Sequence record: SRR31156797_603
Strand: one strand, 5' to 3'
Length of the DNA: 50,509 nucleotides
Shown here piece by piece: positions 18,982 through 28,323 of this stretch. A model generated the notes under the pieces. The model did not search any database and was not told where the DNA came from. It saw only the letters and a list, made by a program, of their open reading frames with translations. A program made the translations under genes and the position numbers. Positions within the stretch are counted from its first letter, which is position 1. Every line of letters begins with the position of its first letter.

Positions 18982-21543
18982 CTAAAATTCAAGTATGAGT
19001 TTTTCAGTCACACTTACTTTACCGTCTGTAATATGCACCACGTACATACCCGGATTCATGTTATCTAACCTAATTTGTTCACTATTATGTGTTACTTTAC
19101 CTGTTTTCATTAATCTACCAGACAAACTATAAATTCTATACACAGCATGTTCAGCATCGCAAGTTAAGGTCACACTGCTATTGGCTGGGTTAGGATATAA
19201 TTTAACACCAAGAGCGCTAGCAGGTTGAGGGTTAATTCCAACCGGAACAATTGTAAAATTGTAATTTGAAGGAAACTCTCCACTACGTTGCCACTGGTGA
19301 AAATATGGTAATATACTTTTTAACTTAAAATATGATGGATAACCTGAACCATTTTCTTCATCGCGAGCCCAGGCAAATGCAAATCGATATGTCACGCTTT
19401 CTCCTGGTTCTATTGAATATGGACCATTTGCAGCTACACCCCTTACATCGCTAGGAGTTGATCCATTATTATACATGGCCCATATGTTCCAATCTGGAAC
19501 TTCTACTCCACCGGTACCAATATTATGAATTATATCACTATTACCCGGAAACATATACCTGCAAGGCACATCAGTTTCATTAATACCATTTCCACCAAAT
19601 GTAACTTCTGTACTGTCTTTCCATTTGGCTGTCATATAGTTATAATAATCAGAAGCAACCTCTGGATCACCATAAGCGCCAGCACCATTCGCGAAATACA
19701 TAAAACTACTCATATAAATTCCTGTATCCACATCAGGAATAGAATATTTAACCGGTGCATCAAGGAACATAAATGATTGGGCAGGAGGGTATTCTCCATA
19801 TCCTGGAGGATTAGCTTGTGGGTCATCAATAACATCACCATTATATACAAAAAAGGAATGATTCATCACATCGCATTCTATAAAATCATCGTATGAGTAT
19901 CCTAAATCAGCGTCACTCCACAAAGCCGCATAAAAATCAGTGTATGATTCATCGGAACGGTTAATAATTTCAACATCTAAAAATGTTGCATTATTAATAG
20001 CTTCTAAAGAATCAGAATCGGCATCTTCATACACATTAGCCCATGCTTTAAAATGCACTTCAATACCCAAAGGAGCAGCTAGATCATCATTATTAAGTGG
20101 TGTTCCTCCATTATAATCGTTAACAATCCAGTACAGCATTTGATCTCCGGTAATGTCAGGATAATCGCCATCCATTGGATTATAAACGCCATCCTCATTA
20201 ACATCCACAAAAGGAGCCAAATTATCTGCATAACCATCGGGACCATGAGCTGGCCAGTTGGCTATGTCATAATCAATGGGCCAGTTTCCATTTTGTACTT
20301 CACCATTCTCAAATCTGTACTTAAAGTTTTCAATAGTAGCACGGTCAACTTTCCAAATTCTATTAAATTGGTCCATTACCCCTTCATCAGTTTCTGCATC
20401 AGCCAATCTGAGTGGTCCTGGCTTAAAACGATTGTTCTGATCAAATTTATCTGCCGAAACCCTTAAGTCTCCTTCAGCATCTTTTCCAGCAAACCAAATG
20501 GCAGTTGCAAAAATTGAACTAGCATCACCGTCTTTTGGTACTTTGTAATGCGCACTACTTCTCGCGTCCCAAAAAATCGAGTTTCTTGTATTTAAGGCTG
20601 CTTCAACATTGTTTACATCTAAAAACCTCAAGTTTTCAGGGTTTATTGATTGCGGGTCAGAAATGTATTCATCAGGATTAAATGTATATATAATTGATCC
20701 GGAAGCAAATTCAATCAATTCCTGGTCAGCAAGACATCGCGGAAATCCAGTGAAGTTATCAGGAATCTCAAATCCTTGAATTCTATCCATTTCAATTTTC
20801 AATATTTGATTATCTCTTCCTGCCCACAATTCACCATTCATTACATTTAGTTTATCTCCGCCATAATAAGCTGAAAGCACTGACTTTTTAACTAATTCGC
20901 CATTCTGCAAAATATAAATACCATTTGGAGCTAAAGCCCATAATATTCCACTTGAGACTTTCAGATCATTTAAGTCCAAATCAGAAATCAAAGTAAATTC
21001 ATCTAAGTCATACTTGTAAAGTCCAAAATTTCGAAGAATAAAGTAATAATTACCATTTATAAAAGCTGCGGATTTAATAGTTCCAAAAGAGGGTAAATCA
21101 TCGGCTTCTGACCATTCACTATTATCATAAACCTGTACTTTTAAGTTAGGAACAGTTGGTGTAGTAAAAACAACTAATTTCCCATTGCTTAAAAAAGCCT
21201 TTGTGATAGGATCATCAATCCCCAAATCAACGCATGATTCCGGATCTTCAAAATTGAAATCAAAAATCTTATTATCCGCAATTACATACATACCATCTTC
21301 ATGAATTATTATGTCTTGCAATTCTGCATAATCCAAGTTAGTATTTGTTTGTGAATAGTCGAACAAATCATCGCCTTGCTTTTTGTACAAAACATCTGAT
21401 GTTACAAACCAATAGTTTCCTGATTCATCAACAGCATAGTTTAAAAACTCTATACCATCTTGTTGAATTTCGAATCCATTCTGCCCTTTTGCCAGGGAAA
21501 AGAGCATAAAAATCCCAGTAAGAATTGTAATAAATTTTCTCAT
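18982..21543 (-). CDS. T9SS type A cargo protein of unknown function (paralog 1)
   Basis: Signal peptide, beta-propeller-like N-terminal region, acidic central domain with DVNEDG, C-terminal LYPNPA...GMYVV...EKLIL. Confidence 0.85.
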   Translation of the reverse strand: MRKFITILTGIFMLFSLAKGQNGFEIQQDGIEFLNYAVDESGNYWFVTSDVLYKKQGDDLFDYSQTNTNLDYAELQDIIIHEDGMYVIADNKIFDFNFEDPESCVDLGIDDPITKAFLSNGKLVVFTTPTVPNLKVQVYDNSEWSEADDLPSFGTIKSAAFINGNYYFILRNFGLYKYDLDEFTLISDLDLNDLKVSSGILWALAPNGIYILQNGELVKKSVLSAYYGGDKLNVMNGELWAGRDNQILKIEMDRIQGFEIPDNFTGFPRCLADQELIEFASGSIIYTFNPDEYISDPQSINPENLRFLDVNNVEAALNTRNSIFWDARSSAHYKVPKDGDASSIFATAIWFAGKDAEGDLRVSADKFDQNNRFKPGPLRLADAETDEGVMDQFNRIWKVDRATIENFKYRFENGEVQNGNWPIDYDIANWPAHGPDGYADNLAPFVDVNEDGVYNPMDGDYPDITGDQMLYWIVNDYNGGTPLNNDDLAAPLGIEVHFKAWANVYEDADSDSLEAINNATFLDVEIINRSDESYTDFYAALWSDADLGYSYDDFIECDVMNHSFFVYNGDVIDDPQANPPGYGEYPPAQSFMFLDAPVKYSIPDVDTGIYMSSFMYFANGAGAYGDPEVASDYYNYMTAKWKDSTEVTFGGNGINETDVPCRYMFPGNSDIIHNIGTGGVEVPDWNIWAMYNNGSTPSDVRGVAANGPYSIEPGESVTYRFAFAWARDEENGSGYPSYFKLKSILPYFHQWQRSGEFPSNYNFTIVPVGINPQPASALGVKLYPNPANSSVTLTCDAEHAVYRIYSLSGRLMKTGKVTHNSEQIRLDNMNPGMYVVHITDGKVSVTEKLILEF

Positions 21544-21624
21544 AGCAATAACTTTTAATTAGACAATTTTTAGAAAAGGGATATGGATTGGGTTCTATCG
21601 CTGTTCTCCGTCCCTTTCACATAT

Positions 21625-21648
21625 TAGACACAAAATCAAAAAAAGGTT
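21625..21648 (-). promoter_or_regulatory. Putative ECF-sigma promoter for paralog 1
   Basis: AACCTTTTTTTGATTTTGTGTCTA; same motif and spacing upstream of paralog 2. Confidence 0.6.
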
Positions 21649-21660
21649 GTAAGAATTTTT

Positions 21661-24216
21661 TTACTGAATGATAATTTTTTTGCTAACCATCTCCTTGTTG
21701 TTGTTTAATGATATGATATACATGCCATTAGGAATACTTTTTAAATCTATCTTTTTTCTATTACCTATGACTTTACCGTTCAATAATTCCTGTCCACCTA
21801 AATTAATAATACGGTAATTAAAATTAGATTTCTGAGAATTAACAATTATAAAATCTTCTGTAGGATTTGGATAAATATCAATTTCCCAATTAGAATTTGT
21901 ATTAAGGTTAATGCCAGCTGAGACCATCTCAATATGATAATTTGAAGGAAACTCACCAGTTCTTTGCCATTCATGAATAATTGGCATCATTTCCTGTAAC
22001 TTACCAACGCTGTAAGGGAAATCTGAATTTTCATCCCTTACAAAAGAAAATGCAAACCTGAAAGAGAGGGTATCTCCAGAAAAAAATACAAGTGGTCCAT
22101 TTGATGCAACACCCCTCTTATCTGCTGGTAAATGGCTGGCACTATATTCAGACCATTCACCCATATCAACTCCTCCCGTTCCAATATTATGAATATCAGA
22201 ACTACCCGGATACATATAATCTGCCACTACCTCTGAACTATCAATACCAAATCCACCCCATGTTACATTTGATCCGTCTTTCCATTTTCCTCTTAAATAG
22301 TTGTAAAAATCACCTAATGTATCAGGACTACCATTAATGCTAGTACTTCGATCAAATGAAACAAATTTTGAAATATAACATCCGGTATCAATTGTTGGTA
22401 AAGAGTTCTTAAGTGGTGCTTTTAAAAACATTAAAGATTGAGCTGGTGGATCTGCTCCATAACCCGGAGGGTTTGCAGTAGGATTATCATAAGGATCTCC
22501 ATTAAAGTAATACACAGCGTGGTTCATTACATCCATGCCAATAAAATCATCGTCTGAAAAACCCAGATCACCATCCGTCCAAAATCCAACATAAAAATCA
22601 TGATATATACTTGAAGATCGATTAATAATATCCACATCCATGAAGATGGTATTATTGACTAATTCACTTGTATCATTATAATAATCCAAATTTCCTGTTT
22701 CGGGATTTTCATATCTATTTGCCCATACTGTGTAATGAACTTCTACACCTAAATTTCTTGAGTCATCATAAGTATCATTATTATGATTATTATCATTAAC
22801 AATCCAATAAAGCATTTCATCACCTTTCATTTCAGGATAATCTCCATCCATAGGATTGTAAGTTCCATCATTATTAACATCAATAAATGGGGCAAGATTT
22901 TCAGCATAACCAGCCGGTCCATGAGCTGGCCAGGATTCAATAAAATGATCTATAGGCCAATATCCATTTGAAATATCACCAATTTCATAACGATATTTAA
23001 AATTCTCAAGGGTTGCTCTATCAATGTGCCAGATCTTATTGTAAGCATTCCTTACCTGGTCAGATGTTTCTAGTTCCTCATTTAAGGGACCGGGAGTAAA
23101 TCGAATACCATCAGTAAGGTATCTTTCATATGCCGCATGCACCTTATTACTACCATCCTTACCTGCCATCCAAAGAGCCCCAGCAAATAAAGAACTAACA
23201 TTATCCGTATTAGGCACATAAAAATGTGCAGTTCCTTGCAGATCCCAAAAGAAGGAACCAAATACACTAAACATAGCCTCCACATTATTAATCGTGGTGA
23301 ACATCATATTTTCAAGGCTTGAAAATTCAGGATCGGATATATATTGAGATTGATCAAAAGTAACCAACTGATCATTATATACATATTGAACTACATCGGT
23401 TGTACTACCAAAGTTTGGAAAAACCTGCACATCATCATTGGTCTCATATACATCAATATGGTCATAATGAATACAATACAATTTATCAAAACTACCGGCC
23501 CATAACTCATCATTAATAATTTGAAAATGACGGGCACCACTAACTGAAGCTTGAGCAATCCATTCATTATATGATTCTTCTTCCCAAATGCCAAATGAAA
23601 AACCATCAGTCATCCATAATTTTCCATCCCAAATAATCATATCATAAATAGTGCGATCAATTATCGGTTCAAATTGTTGGTTATGGTATTTATATACTCC
23701 GATGTTTTTAAGCGATAAGTACAAAGATCCCTGATAAAAGGCCATACTTTGTACATTTGCAAATTCAGGAAGTGTATCTAATTCTGACCATACACTACCA
23801 TCAAAAATCTCTAAGCCTAATATCCCAATCTCAACCACAGAAACTACAGCTAAATCCTCACCATCAAAGAACGTATTTACAATAGTTTTATCTAATCCTA
23901 AATCATAACTATTATTAGGAATTTGCTGGTTAAATCCCCATACATTAGTTCCTGTTACAACATATAAATACTCCTGATAAGGCCAAATATTTTTGACCAT
24001 GTTAAATTCTAGGTTTGTATTGTCGGTGTCATATGTAGAAATTATACTACCATCGTACTTATAGATTTTCTCACTATCAGTAAACCAATAATTCCCCTCA
24101 AAATCAATAGAATAGGCATTTACACTAATATCCAGATCCGTATTCAGAAATCCATTTTGTGCAGAAAGATTGAATATTAATACTAATATACCTAAAGTTA
24201 AAATCAGTCTTCTCAT
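21661..24216 (-). CDS. T9SS type A cargo protein of unknown function (paralog 2)
   Basis: Same architecture and shared motifs (WPAHGP.GYA.NLAPF.DVN.DG.YNPMDGDYP), C-terminal IYPNP...GMYII...KKIIIQ. ATG 24216 preferred over TTG 24222. Confidence 0.85.
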   Translation of the reverse strand: MRRLILTLGILVLIFNLSAQNGFLNTDLDISVNAYSIDFEGNYWFTDSEKIYKYDGSIISTYDTDNTNLEFNMVKNIWPYQEYLYVVTGTNVWGFNQQIPNNSYDLGLDKTIVNTFFDGEDLAVVSVVEIGILGLEIFDGSVWSELDTLPEFANVQSMAFYQGSLYLSLKNIGVYKYHNQQFEPIIDRTIYDMIIWDGKLWMTDGFSFGIWEEESYNEWIAQASVSGARHFQIINDELWAGSFDKLYCIHYDHIDVYETNDDVQVFPNFGSTTDVVQYVYNDQLVTFDQSQYISDPEFSSLENMMFTTINNVEAMFSVFGSFFWDLQGTAHFYVPNTDNVSSLFAGALWMAGKDGSNKVHAAYERYLTDGIRFTPGPLNEELETSDQVRNAYNKIWHIDRATLENFKYRYEIGDISNGYWPIDHFIESWPAHGPAGYAENLAPFIDVNNDGTYNPMDGDYPEMKGDEMLYWIVNDNNHNNDTYDDSRNLGVEVHYTVWANRYENPETGNLDYYNDTSELVNNTIFMDVDIINRSSSIYHDFYVGFWTDGDLGFSDDDFIGMDVMNHAVYYFNGDPYDNPTANPPGYGADPPAQSLMFLKAPLKNSLPTIDTGCYISKFVSFDRSTSINGSPDTLGDFYNYLRGKWKDGSNVTWGGFGIDSSEVVADYMYPGSSDIHNIGTGGVDMGEWSEYSASHLPADKRGVASNGPLVFFSGDTLSFRFAFSFVRDENSDFPYSVGKLQEMMPIIHEWQRTGEFPSNYHIEMVSAGINLNTNSNWEIDIYPNPTEDFIIVNSQKSNFNYRIINLGGQELLNGKVIGNRKKIDLKSIPNGMYIISLNNNKEMVSKKIIIQ

Positions 24217-24306
24217 TCCCAACTAGTATTCATTTATATATTTAAATACGGAAGTTACCTATATTATGTTGTGGCAATTCTATATTTGATTAAAGCTCTA
24301 TAATTG

Positions 24307-24330
24307 TAGACACTTAATCTTCAAAAGGTT
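24307..24330 (-). promoter_or_regulatory. Putative ECF-sigma promoter for paralog 2
   Basis: AACCTTTTGAAGATTAAGTGTCTA, 19/24 identical to the motif at 21625-21648. Confidence 0.6.
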
Positions 24331-24366
24331 TAAATAATATTGCTGCAAAAATATTGAAAAGATTCA

Positions 24367-24413
24367 TAAAAAATAAAAGCCTGCCGACAATTTGAGAAAT
24401 TGAACGGCAGACT
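24367..24413 (-). terminator. Orphan intrinsic terminator with no annotated minus-strand gene upstream
   Basis: AGTCTGCCG..CAATTT-CTC-AAATTG.CGGCAGGCT then TTTATTTTTT. One stem position is a G-U pair only on the minus strand. Confidence 0.65.
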
Positions 24414-24683
24414 CATAAGAATAGGGACAGGGATAGGCCTTCAATATTTTTATGCTAACAAGCTAATTATCTGCTATATGATACAAAAGTCAATATTTTT
24501 AATTGAATTAACACTGTACTTAACAGTAGGTTAACACTAACGGAATTCCGTGAAAAAGACTCTGGAAAAGGTTGTCAAAACAAGCATACAGAGCTTATCT
24601 AAAATTATTCTAAATTTAATATTTGGAGCATATCCTTATCAAACTTCATATGTTTTTTTGAATATATTTACAAAAAAGGTCCT

Positions 24684-25406
24684 ATGATAATTGAAAAAAG
24701 CATAAAATCATTTCATGATTTTCATACAATCATTGATGAACATAACCAGAATTGGGAAAATTGGTATTATAGAGGCGAAAGTAACCCGTCACATATTTTG
24801 GTCCCTAAAGCAGGGCGCCGACATTTTGTAGAGAACCATATAAAAGACACTGAATTATTTCAAACCTGGTGCAGGCACGCCATAGCTTTTCTTGAAAAAC
24901 CAATTGAAGAACAATGGGATTTACTGGCCATAGCTCAACATCATGGGTTAGCTACAAGATTGCTAGATTGGACCAGTAACCCTATGATTGCAGCGTTCTT
25001 TGCAGTTTCATTAGCAGACAATAGTCAAACCTTTGATTCAGAAAGCATCATTTTTGCTCATTATTCTGCTAAACCATTTATTAATAAAACCGAATTTCCT
25101 GATCCATTCAATTGTAATGAAGGAATTCATAGGGTTAGTCCCAAATCCATTGCTCCACGAATTATGCGACAAAGTGGAATCTTTACCCTACATAATCCTC
25201 CCAATGCTGAACTAGATAAACATCTACCCAAAGGTGATGTCCTAATGAAAATGATAATTGAACCAGGCTATCAAAAAAAGTTTAGCATTGAACTATCACA
25301 TTATGGAATTAATAAGTTAAGTATGTTTCCGGACCTTGATGGACTTTCTAGCCATGTAAACTGGACCTACTTAAATCTTGTTAAACACAAGACTGACATA
25401 TTATAA
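24684..25406 (+). CDS. FRG domain-containing protein
   Basis: [40 protein letters not shown]...SMFPDLDG. Confidence 0.9.
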   Translation: MIIEKSIKSFHDFHTIIDEHNQNWENWYYRGESNPSHILVPKAGRRHFVENHIKDTELFQTWCRHAIAFLEKPIEEQWDLLAIAQHHGLATRLLDWTSNPMIAAFFAVSLADNSQTFDSESIIFAHYSAKPFINKTEFPDPFNCNEGIHRVSPKSIAPRIMRQSGIFTLHNPPNAELDKHLPKGDVLMKMIIEPGYQKKFSIELSHYGINKLSMFPDLDGLSSHVNWTYLNLVKHKTDIL

Positions 25407-25474
25407 TTTGTTTTTCTCATTTAAACAAACCATTCTATTAAGCGTTACACCATCAAACTTTAAAACCTATAAAA

Positions 25475-26011
25475 ATGCGTAACGTTTTAATCTTAATTAC
25501 CACAATAACGATCTCTCTATCAGGGTTTTCACAAAAGACAGCATACGACTTTAAAGTAACTGATATTGAGGGAAATGAGTTCAACCTGGCTGATCTTAAA
25601 GGAAAGAAGCTAATGATTGTAAATACTGCGTCAAAGTGTGGCTTAACCCCTCAATACGAAGGACTTGAAGCACTTTACAAAATGTACAAAGATAAAAATT
25701 TTGTAATAGTTGGATTTCCTGCAAATAACTTCATGAAACAAGAACCCGGAACAAATGAGGAGATAGCAGCTTTTTGTGAAAGAAATTATGGTGTAACCTT
25801 TCCAATGATGTCTAAAATATCTGTAAAAGGAGATGATCAGCATGAGCTCTATAAATGGCTTACATCTAAAGAACTCAATGGTGTCGAAGATTCTAAAGTA
25901 GCATGGAACTTTCAAAAATATTTGATAAACCCAGATGGGACCCTGGCTAAACATCTGGGTCCACGTACAGACCCTCAGGATGAAGAAATCATTACCTGGA
26001 TTGAACAATAA
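25475..26011 (+). CDS. gpx: Cys-type glutathione peroxidase-family protein with signal peptide
   Basis: VNTASKCG (TGT codon), GFPANNF..QEPG, WNFQKYLI. Confidence 0.95.
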   Translation: MRNVLILITTITISLSGFSQKTAYDFKVTDIEGNEFNLADLKGKKLMIVNTASKCGLTPQYEGLEALYKMYKDKNFVIVGFPANNFMKQEPGTNEEIAAFCERNYGVTFPMMSKISVKGDDQHELYKWLTSKELNGVEDSKVAWNFQKYLINPDGTLAKHLGPRTDPQDEEIITWIEQ

Positions 26012-26012
26012 C

Positions 26013-26042
26013 AAAAAAGCCTGTCAAAAAAAGACAGGCTTT
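26013..26042. terminator. Bidirectional terminator between gpx and the FKBP gene
   Basis: AAAGCCTGTC-A7-GACAGGCTTT between convergent genes. Confidence 0.8.
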
Positions 26043-26063
26043 CATTTTCATTATATTTTTTTT

Positions 26064-27008
26064 TTACTTTTCGATACTGATTAACTCAACTTCAAAAATC
26101 AAAGTTGAATAGCCAGGTATTGAAGGCCTACCTTGTGCACCATATGCTAAATCATAAGGAATGTAAAACTTATATTTTGCACCCTCTTTCATTAACTGAA
26201 CACCTTCTGTCCATCCTTTAATAACCTGATTTAATCCAAAAGTAGCTGGTTCACCACGCTCTACTGAACTATCAAATACAGTTCCATCGATAAGCGTTCC
26301 GTGATAATGAACAGTCACTTTATCTGTGGCAGCAGGTGAATCTCCAGTACCTTCTTTTAATACTTCATATTGAAGACCTGATTCTGTTTCGATAACACCG
26401 TCGCGCTTTTTATTTTCTTCTAAAAATGCTTTACCTTCTGCACCTTTTTCAGCTGCTTCTTTTTCGCGTGCTTCATTTACAACAGCATCAATAAGTCTTC
26501 TGGCAGTTGCATGATCCATAATGCTTGTATCAGTAAGTACATCTTTAATTGCTATAAACACCTTAGTATTATCAATTTTATCAGCTACTTTTAACTGAAC
26601 AGCACCTTGAGCAATACCTTCAATAATCTGAGAACCTAGTGCATAACCTAAGCTATCAGTGGCATTCACCATATTGGCTCCTTTAGTTGCTTCAGGCATT
26701 GTAAAAGTTGAATCAGTTCTTACACCAGTTAAAGCTGAAGTAATAACCATTCTTGCCTGATCATTATCAATAAGTACTTTTTCGTCTATGCGATCTTGTG
26801 CACCCTTAAGCATCCAGTCAGAATCAATATATTTAAAAATCTGAAGAGCTTTCATCTGATCTACCATCCCTTTTGTTTGTAGAGATCCTAATGCATAACT
26901 TGTTGAGTCCTTAGTGGTAGCTAATTCAGATTGTGAACCAGCTTCTTTTCCACATGATGCAAATAATAATGCTATTGCAATAACTCCAATTAAACTTTTT
27001 AATTTCAT
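26064..27008 (-). CDS. FKBP-type peptidyl-prolyl isomerase lipoprotein (Mip/FkpA-like) with duplicated N-terminal domain
   Basis: FASC lipobox, two SYALG-type repeats, VTVHYHGTLIDGTVFDSS, VIKGWTEG, IPYDLAYG. Start at MKLK 27008 preferred. Confidence 0.93.
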   Translation of the reverse strand: MKLKSLIGVIAIALLFASCGKEAGSQSELATTKDSTSYALGSLQTKGMVDQMKALQIFKYIDSDWMLKGAQDRIDEKVLIDNDQARMVITSALTGVRTDSTFTMPEATKGANMVNATDSLGYALGSQIIEGIAQGAVQLKVADKIDNTKVFIAIKDVLTDTSIMDHATARRLIDAVVNEAREKEAAEKGAEGKAFLEENKKRDGVIETESGLQYEVLKEGTGDSPAATDKVTVHYHGTLIDGTVFDSSVERGEPATFGLNQVIKGWTEGVQLMKEGAKYKFYIPYDLAYGAQGRPSIPGYSTLIFEVELISIEK

Positions 27009-27018
27009 ATTTACTTTT

Positions 27019-27474
27019 TTATTCAATTATTGTAATCTTTTCAATTAAATCTCCTGCCTGAATTTGATCGATAATCTCATCACCTTCAATGATTTTCCCA
27101 AAGCAAGTATGAGCTCCATCAAGATGGGCAGTATTTTGACGATTATGAACGATAAAAAACTGTGAACCACCAGTATCTTTACCTGCGTGAGCCATAGAAA
27201 GCACGCCCCTGTCGTGATATTGCTTCTCAGCACCGGTTTCGCATTTAATTGTATAACCAGGACCACCTGTACCTGCACGAGGATCATCAGCATCTTTAGA
27301 GTGTGGACACCCTCCCTGAGCCACAAAACCTGGAATTACACGATGAAAACGTAATCCATCATAAAAACCCTCTTTTGAAAGTTTTGCAAAATTTTCCACT
27401 GTACCGGGCGTTTCCTCTGCATACAGTTCAGCCACCATTGTGCCTTTTTGAGTTTTAATTTCTGCTTTCTTCAT
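27019..27474 (-). CDS. Cyclophilin-type peptidyl-prolyl isomerase
   Basis: [43 protein letters not shown]. Start at MKKA 27474 preferred. Confidence 0.95.
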   Translation of the reverse strand: MKKAEIKTQKGTMVAELYAEETPGTVENFAKLSKEGFYDGLRFHRVIPGFVAQGGCPHSKDADDPRAGTGGPGYTIKCETGAEKQYHDRGVLSMAHAGKDTGGSQFFIVHNRQNTAHLDGAHTCFGKIIEGDEIIDQIQAGDLIEKITIIE

Positions 27475-27564
27475 ATTATTAAATCTATTTATTGACATTT
27501 TCTGAATTTAGCCCTTCATTTCCAACAACTTGTTAATCATTGATAATCAGCTAAACACAATTGG

Positions 27565-27572
27565 CAAAGGTA
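27565..27572 (-). promoter_or_regulatory. Sigma-A -7 element for the cyclophilin-FKBP pair
   Basis: TACCTTTG on the minus strand. Confidence 0.6.
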
Positions 27573-27744
27573 CTAAAAATGAATTCACTTGCAAGCCAAT
27601 TTTATATTTTATGAATAGGATTTTTATAATGCGATCAACTAAAAGAATTAAGAAACTCCATTTAAAACTGTTAACAAAATGTTTTATTCTATCTATCAAT
27701 ATGTTTTTTCTTGCTAAGAAGTTCATTAATAGCCAAAACATTAT

Positions 27745-27752
27745 TATTTTTG
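27745..27752 (+). promoter_or_regulatory. Sigma-A -7 element for the 27796 gene
   Basis: TATTTTTG followed by CC. Confidence 0.5.
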
Positions 27753-27795
27753 CCGCTGTTGTAAGAAAATGGTATATAGCCCTTAAGATTTAATT

Positions 27796-28323
27796 ATGAA
27801 ATTACTACAGACTTTAGTAATAGTTTTATTTGCACTCCTGTTTAACTCAGCATATGCACAAAAATGCCGATATGAGATTGATCAATTAGATGCTAAAACA
27901 GAATTGAGAGTTAAACGTACTGAGCCGGTAGAAATAGCGCGAGTTAATAACCAACCACTTTTAATGAAAGCCCAATGTATTGGACCAAATAAATATCTTA
28001 AAGTTCGTTATTACAGATATAATGGGTTTGAAATTAGAGACTCTGAAGTTTTTGAAATTATTTTTACTGATAAAACCAGTGTGAAGTTAGAACCGAGAAA
28101 ATTACCTAAGAAAAAATCAACCGGTGGTTTTATGACAGTATCATCACAATTAATTTTCGATCTATCTAAGGATCAATACATTCAATTACTAGAAAAACCT
28201 GTAGGTGAAATCAAATATTTCGTAGATGGTGGAGGTTATGTAAGAGACGAAGTAAGAAAAAGGTTTCAAACAGACATACAACATATTATGAAATGTGTAC
28301 TTTTAGATACTGATAATTTTTGA
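27796..28323 (+). CDS. Hypothetical exported protein
   Basis: Signal peptide ending AYA-Q; Cys near both mature termini; no family recognised. Confidence 0.7.
   Translation: MKLLQTLVIVLFALLFNSAYAQKCRYEIDQLDAKTELRVKRTEPVEIARVNNQPLLMKAQCIGPNKYLKVRYYRYNGFEIRDSEVFEIIFTDKTSVKLEPRKLPKKKSTGGFMTVSSQLIFDLSKDQYIQLLEKPVGEIKYFVDGGGYVRDEVRKRFQTDIQHIMKCVLLDTDNF

Noticed and set aside
18982..24216. Possible diversity-generating retroelement or shufflon involving the paralogs
   Set aside because: No reverse transcriptase or recombinase, and no near-identical template/variable repeat pair differing only at adenines.
18982..24222. Both T9SS paralogs are listed as exactly 853 aa
   Set aside because: This depends on the TTG start at 24222. 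The more plausible ATG at 24216 gives 851 aa, and the alignment has indels, so equal length is coincidental.
24330..24416. 28-codon minus-strand ORF (MSLPFNFSNCRQAF...) across the orphan terminator
   Set aside because: It runs through the hairpin and U tract and has no recognisable features; RNA structure explains the sequence better.
25630..25645. Possible selenocysteine in the glutathione peroxidase
   Set aside because: The active-site codon is TGT (Cys) and there is no in-frame TGA.
27530..27793. ORFs 27530-27793 (+) and 27547-27741 (-), and the TGATAATCAG word near 27541
   Set aside because: They lie in a divergent promoter region with two -7 elements and have low-complexity AT-driven translations. 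The word occurs without a partner site or integrase.
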